A stretch of 64,000 bases of DNA, from positions 806,001-870,000 of the forward strand of contig LSRY02000039.1 in the NCBI GenBank assembly GCA_001643675.2. The letters run 5' to 3'. The translations under genes and the position numbers were made by a program. Shown here piece after piece: positions 61,244-64,000 of this stretch. The notes beneath the pieces are model-generated. The model had not been told where the DNA came from. It was given only the letters and a program-made list of their open reading frames with translations, and made no database searches. The stretch is from Monocercomonoides exilis PA203. Lineage: Eukaryota; Protista; Preaxostyla. Position 1 is the stretch's first letter, and every line of letters begins with the position of its first letter.

Positions 61244-62600
61244 TCAAACATTCACAAAGTAATCTGCTAATTTTGAAGCCAATTCAGCATCATGGCTTGC
61301 GTAAAAATTATCAAAGGTTTCATGAAAGCTTATGATTTCATCTTCATATCCTTCTTTCTCCATCTTTTCATATATCACCCTTTTTGTTGCTTTTCTTTTC
61401 ATTTCTTCCATTTCATCTTTATTCTTTTCTTTCAATCTTTTTGAAACATTCATATAGATTAGAAAACAATGCATAATGAATACATCATTCAAAGTCGATT
61501 GCTTCATTTCCCCCGAAATCAGATCAATTGCACCTTCGTCCAACAAAGCATCAACTTTCACTGCTCTGTTTTCCGCTGCCCTTCGTAATGGCTTTATGCA
61601 CTGATTACAAGTTTCTCCATGCTTATCTTTTGCTGCTCGAAACGCCTGAACAACACAGTTGATAAGCCCATTATATTCTTCATTACACACTTTACATAAG
61701 GATAAGAAAATATCCAATGTGTACATCCATCTTATCAAAATAAGCTCTTCTTTTGATTCTTTCATTCCATTTATTCCTTCTTTTCTCTTCCAGTCAATGC
61801 ATCTTGTCAGCTCTTCCAACTCTCTCGCTGCCTCTCGCACAAAATGCAGCTTATTCACAATCACTCCCGCCAAACTGTTATCATTGCATAATCTCCTGAA
61901 AAAAAAATTGCCAAGCAGATAGGGAAGCTAATTGAGTCAGATTGTGATGCTCCTGATGATACTTGACGATTTCTTTGATTTCACTGACGTAAAGTTCTTG
62001 CTTGATAAACTGATTAGAAATAAGAAAAATATCAATACAACATAAAGGAAATAGAAGTGAACATACGCAATATCTATTGATGTGACTTAATTCAAATAAA
62101 GCCATTTCCACTTCTTTTTGTGTTTTCTCGTTTTCTTCCTTGTTTAATGCAACTTTCAGAAGACATTGCATGCAAGTCGAATGCAATCTCCGCGAATTTA
62201 AACCTTGCATAAAAACATAGCACTCGCAAAGATCAACCAAAAGTTTTTCATTCTTTCCTTCATTTTTCTGCTCTTCCTCAATAATCATTTTCTCAAATCC
62301 ATATTTCAATGAATAACAGTCTACACAATTATTAAACGTTCCTTTCAGCATTTTGCAATACCCCAAATGTTTCAATAGCAAAAAGGCGTTTTCCAAAGGC
62401 AGTTTCCTGTTTTCAATCATTATCCAAAGGCTCACTAATGTATCTCCTGAGCGAACAAGTTCCAATTCGTTTGCATCCATCCTCTCAATCATTTCATTTA
62501 TTTCAATAATTTTCATCTTTTGTTCATCGTGGGACATCTCATAAATCTCATTTAACATTCCTCCAAAGTATGCTGACAATGAACAAAAATATTTTAAAAA
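61244..62600 (-). CDS. Expanded-family gene with one apparent frameshift (pseudogene or homopolymer sequencing error)
   Basis: Same motifs as 30512-32014 (EKLLVDLCEC, KEVEMAL, YHQEHHNLT, DYFVNV*). The frame breaks at an A-run near 61900. The 5' end is uncertain. Confidence 0.7.
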
Positions 62601-63534
62601 AAAAAATCAACAAATAAATTGAAGCAAAAAGGAAATAAAAATTTCTCAAAGAACACCTTCAAAGATTTCTGCTGGTGAAAAATTGTAATATTCAAAGAAA
62701 ATTTTTTCATTTTCTGAAATATTTATCAAGTTCATTTTCAATTTCGCTCAATTTATGTCTGAAGAATTCAATACAAAACAATAAAACAAATTTCCTCATA
62801 TAAAATATTCGATTATTTTTCCAATAACAGTCACACACGCAATTGTTTTTAATTAATGAAAACCCTCTCATTTTGGATCATTTGATCGTAAATAAAAAAA
62901 TATTGGGGGATCACTTTTGCTTTTTTTATAAAAAATAAAAAATTAATTCCAAACTTATTCTGCTTCCATATCATAATAAGTCAAACATCATCACACAAAA
63001 TAAATAATGAAAAACTGATTTATAACAAAAAAGACACAAATATGTCGGATGGAACAAAAATTTAAAAATTAAAATTTTCATCCCATTTAAAAAAGAAGAA
63101 GAAAGTATTAAATATTACACAATCAAACAAAATTCTGAGTTATTCAAAAAATAATAACCAAAGCATTCCCTTGAAAAAATTCAGCTTTTTGTTTTTTATG
63201 AGGAAGTAACTTTCATCATCATTTTTTTCAATTTTTTTCGAAATTCATTTTTTTTTTATCCTGAGACAACAGGTAGAACAGTCTTTTCAATCGCTCATCT
63301 TCAAATTTTTGTTCAAAACTGACTTATGTGATTCCTAGACACTTTCATCAAAGTTAGCTCTTCAAATTTTCTGAAAGTTTATTGGGAAAAAAAGAATAAT
63401 AATTTTAATAATCATAATTTGAAGAAGAAGGATAATAATAACACTAATATAATCGAAATCCATCCAATAGCATTTTTCACACATACAGCAAGAAAGAAAA
63501 AGAAAAAGAAAAAGAGATTCAAACACACACAATC

Positions 63535-63920
63535 TCAATCCCCATCACACCTGAAGTACATTCTAATGACAATCAGCGGGATGAATGGCACATTCACATC
63601 CAGCAGTCGCTCTCTGTATGTGTTCATACGCTGCGCCATCTGCTGCGTAAACTGGAACCAGAACACCCACACAGGCACCTCTTTCGCCTTCGCGATGCTG
63701 ATAAACTGCGCCCTGTCAGCTTTTTTTCGGGTTCGTGCTGTCAATCACCACGCTCTTCCTGCTCTCCAACGCAGCCGCCTCAGCCTTTGCACATTTCCTC
63801 ATTTCCTTCAGCTTGTCCCTGTTGATGTGCTCGTACCTTCCTTTCTTCAAAAAGAACCGCTTTGTGAACATCTACTTCCCAGACATAGACTACCCCCGCC
63901 AAAAGCACCATCTCCTACTC
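63535..63920 (-). pseudogene. Polynucleotide kinase 3'-phosphatase (PNKP) kinase-domain remnant
   Basis: EMVLLAG / SGK* / YEHINRDKLK..KC......LESRKSVVIDSTNP / DRAQFISIAKAKEVPV...NTYRE parallels the PNKP P-loop, HVNRD and IDNTNP motifs. Contains TAG stops and frameshifts. May extend beyond the window. Confidence 0.72.
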
Positions 63921-64000
63921 TGCACTCGCATCCTACACAATGTGCCCTTCGTCTTAAACAGACCCAGTTACATCTTTTAGCACGCTCGGCTTCGTTAACA

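Overview
AT-rich, intron-containing eukaryotic DNA. The gene families, low-complexity style and repeats resemble the oxymonad Monocercomonoides (Metamonada); this is inferred from resemblance, not proven. Contents, in order: two TA-flanked foldback/MITE elements; an OST48/Wbp1 gene; and a giant multi-exon minus-strand gene (about 7694-28233, roughly 6,700 aa). That gene encodes an IP3-receptor/ryanodine-receptor-family Ca2+ channel whose ORF runs on past the normal channel C-terminus into a proline-rich tract, an SH3 domain, a roughly 600-residue E/K/R single-alpha-helix-like rod and a terminal villin headpiece. This apparent actin-tethered Ca2+-release channel is the most striking feature. 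Further on: a decayed Merlin/IS1595-type transposase; several copies of a lineage-expanded uncharacterised family; a pogo/Fot1-like (DD35D) transposon with both TIRs, a nonsense mutation and a nested MITE; a 3,005-aa beta-helix-like single-pass surface protein with a truncated pseudokinase tail; a long-TIR foldback element interrupted by a non-autonomous DIRS-like retroelement with intact ITRs and ICR; and a PNKP kinase-domain pseudogene at the right edge.
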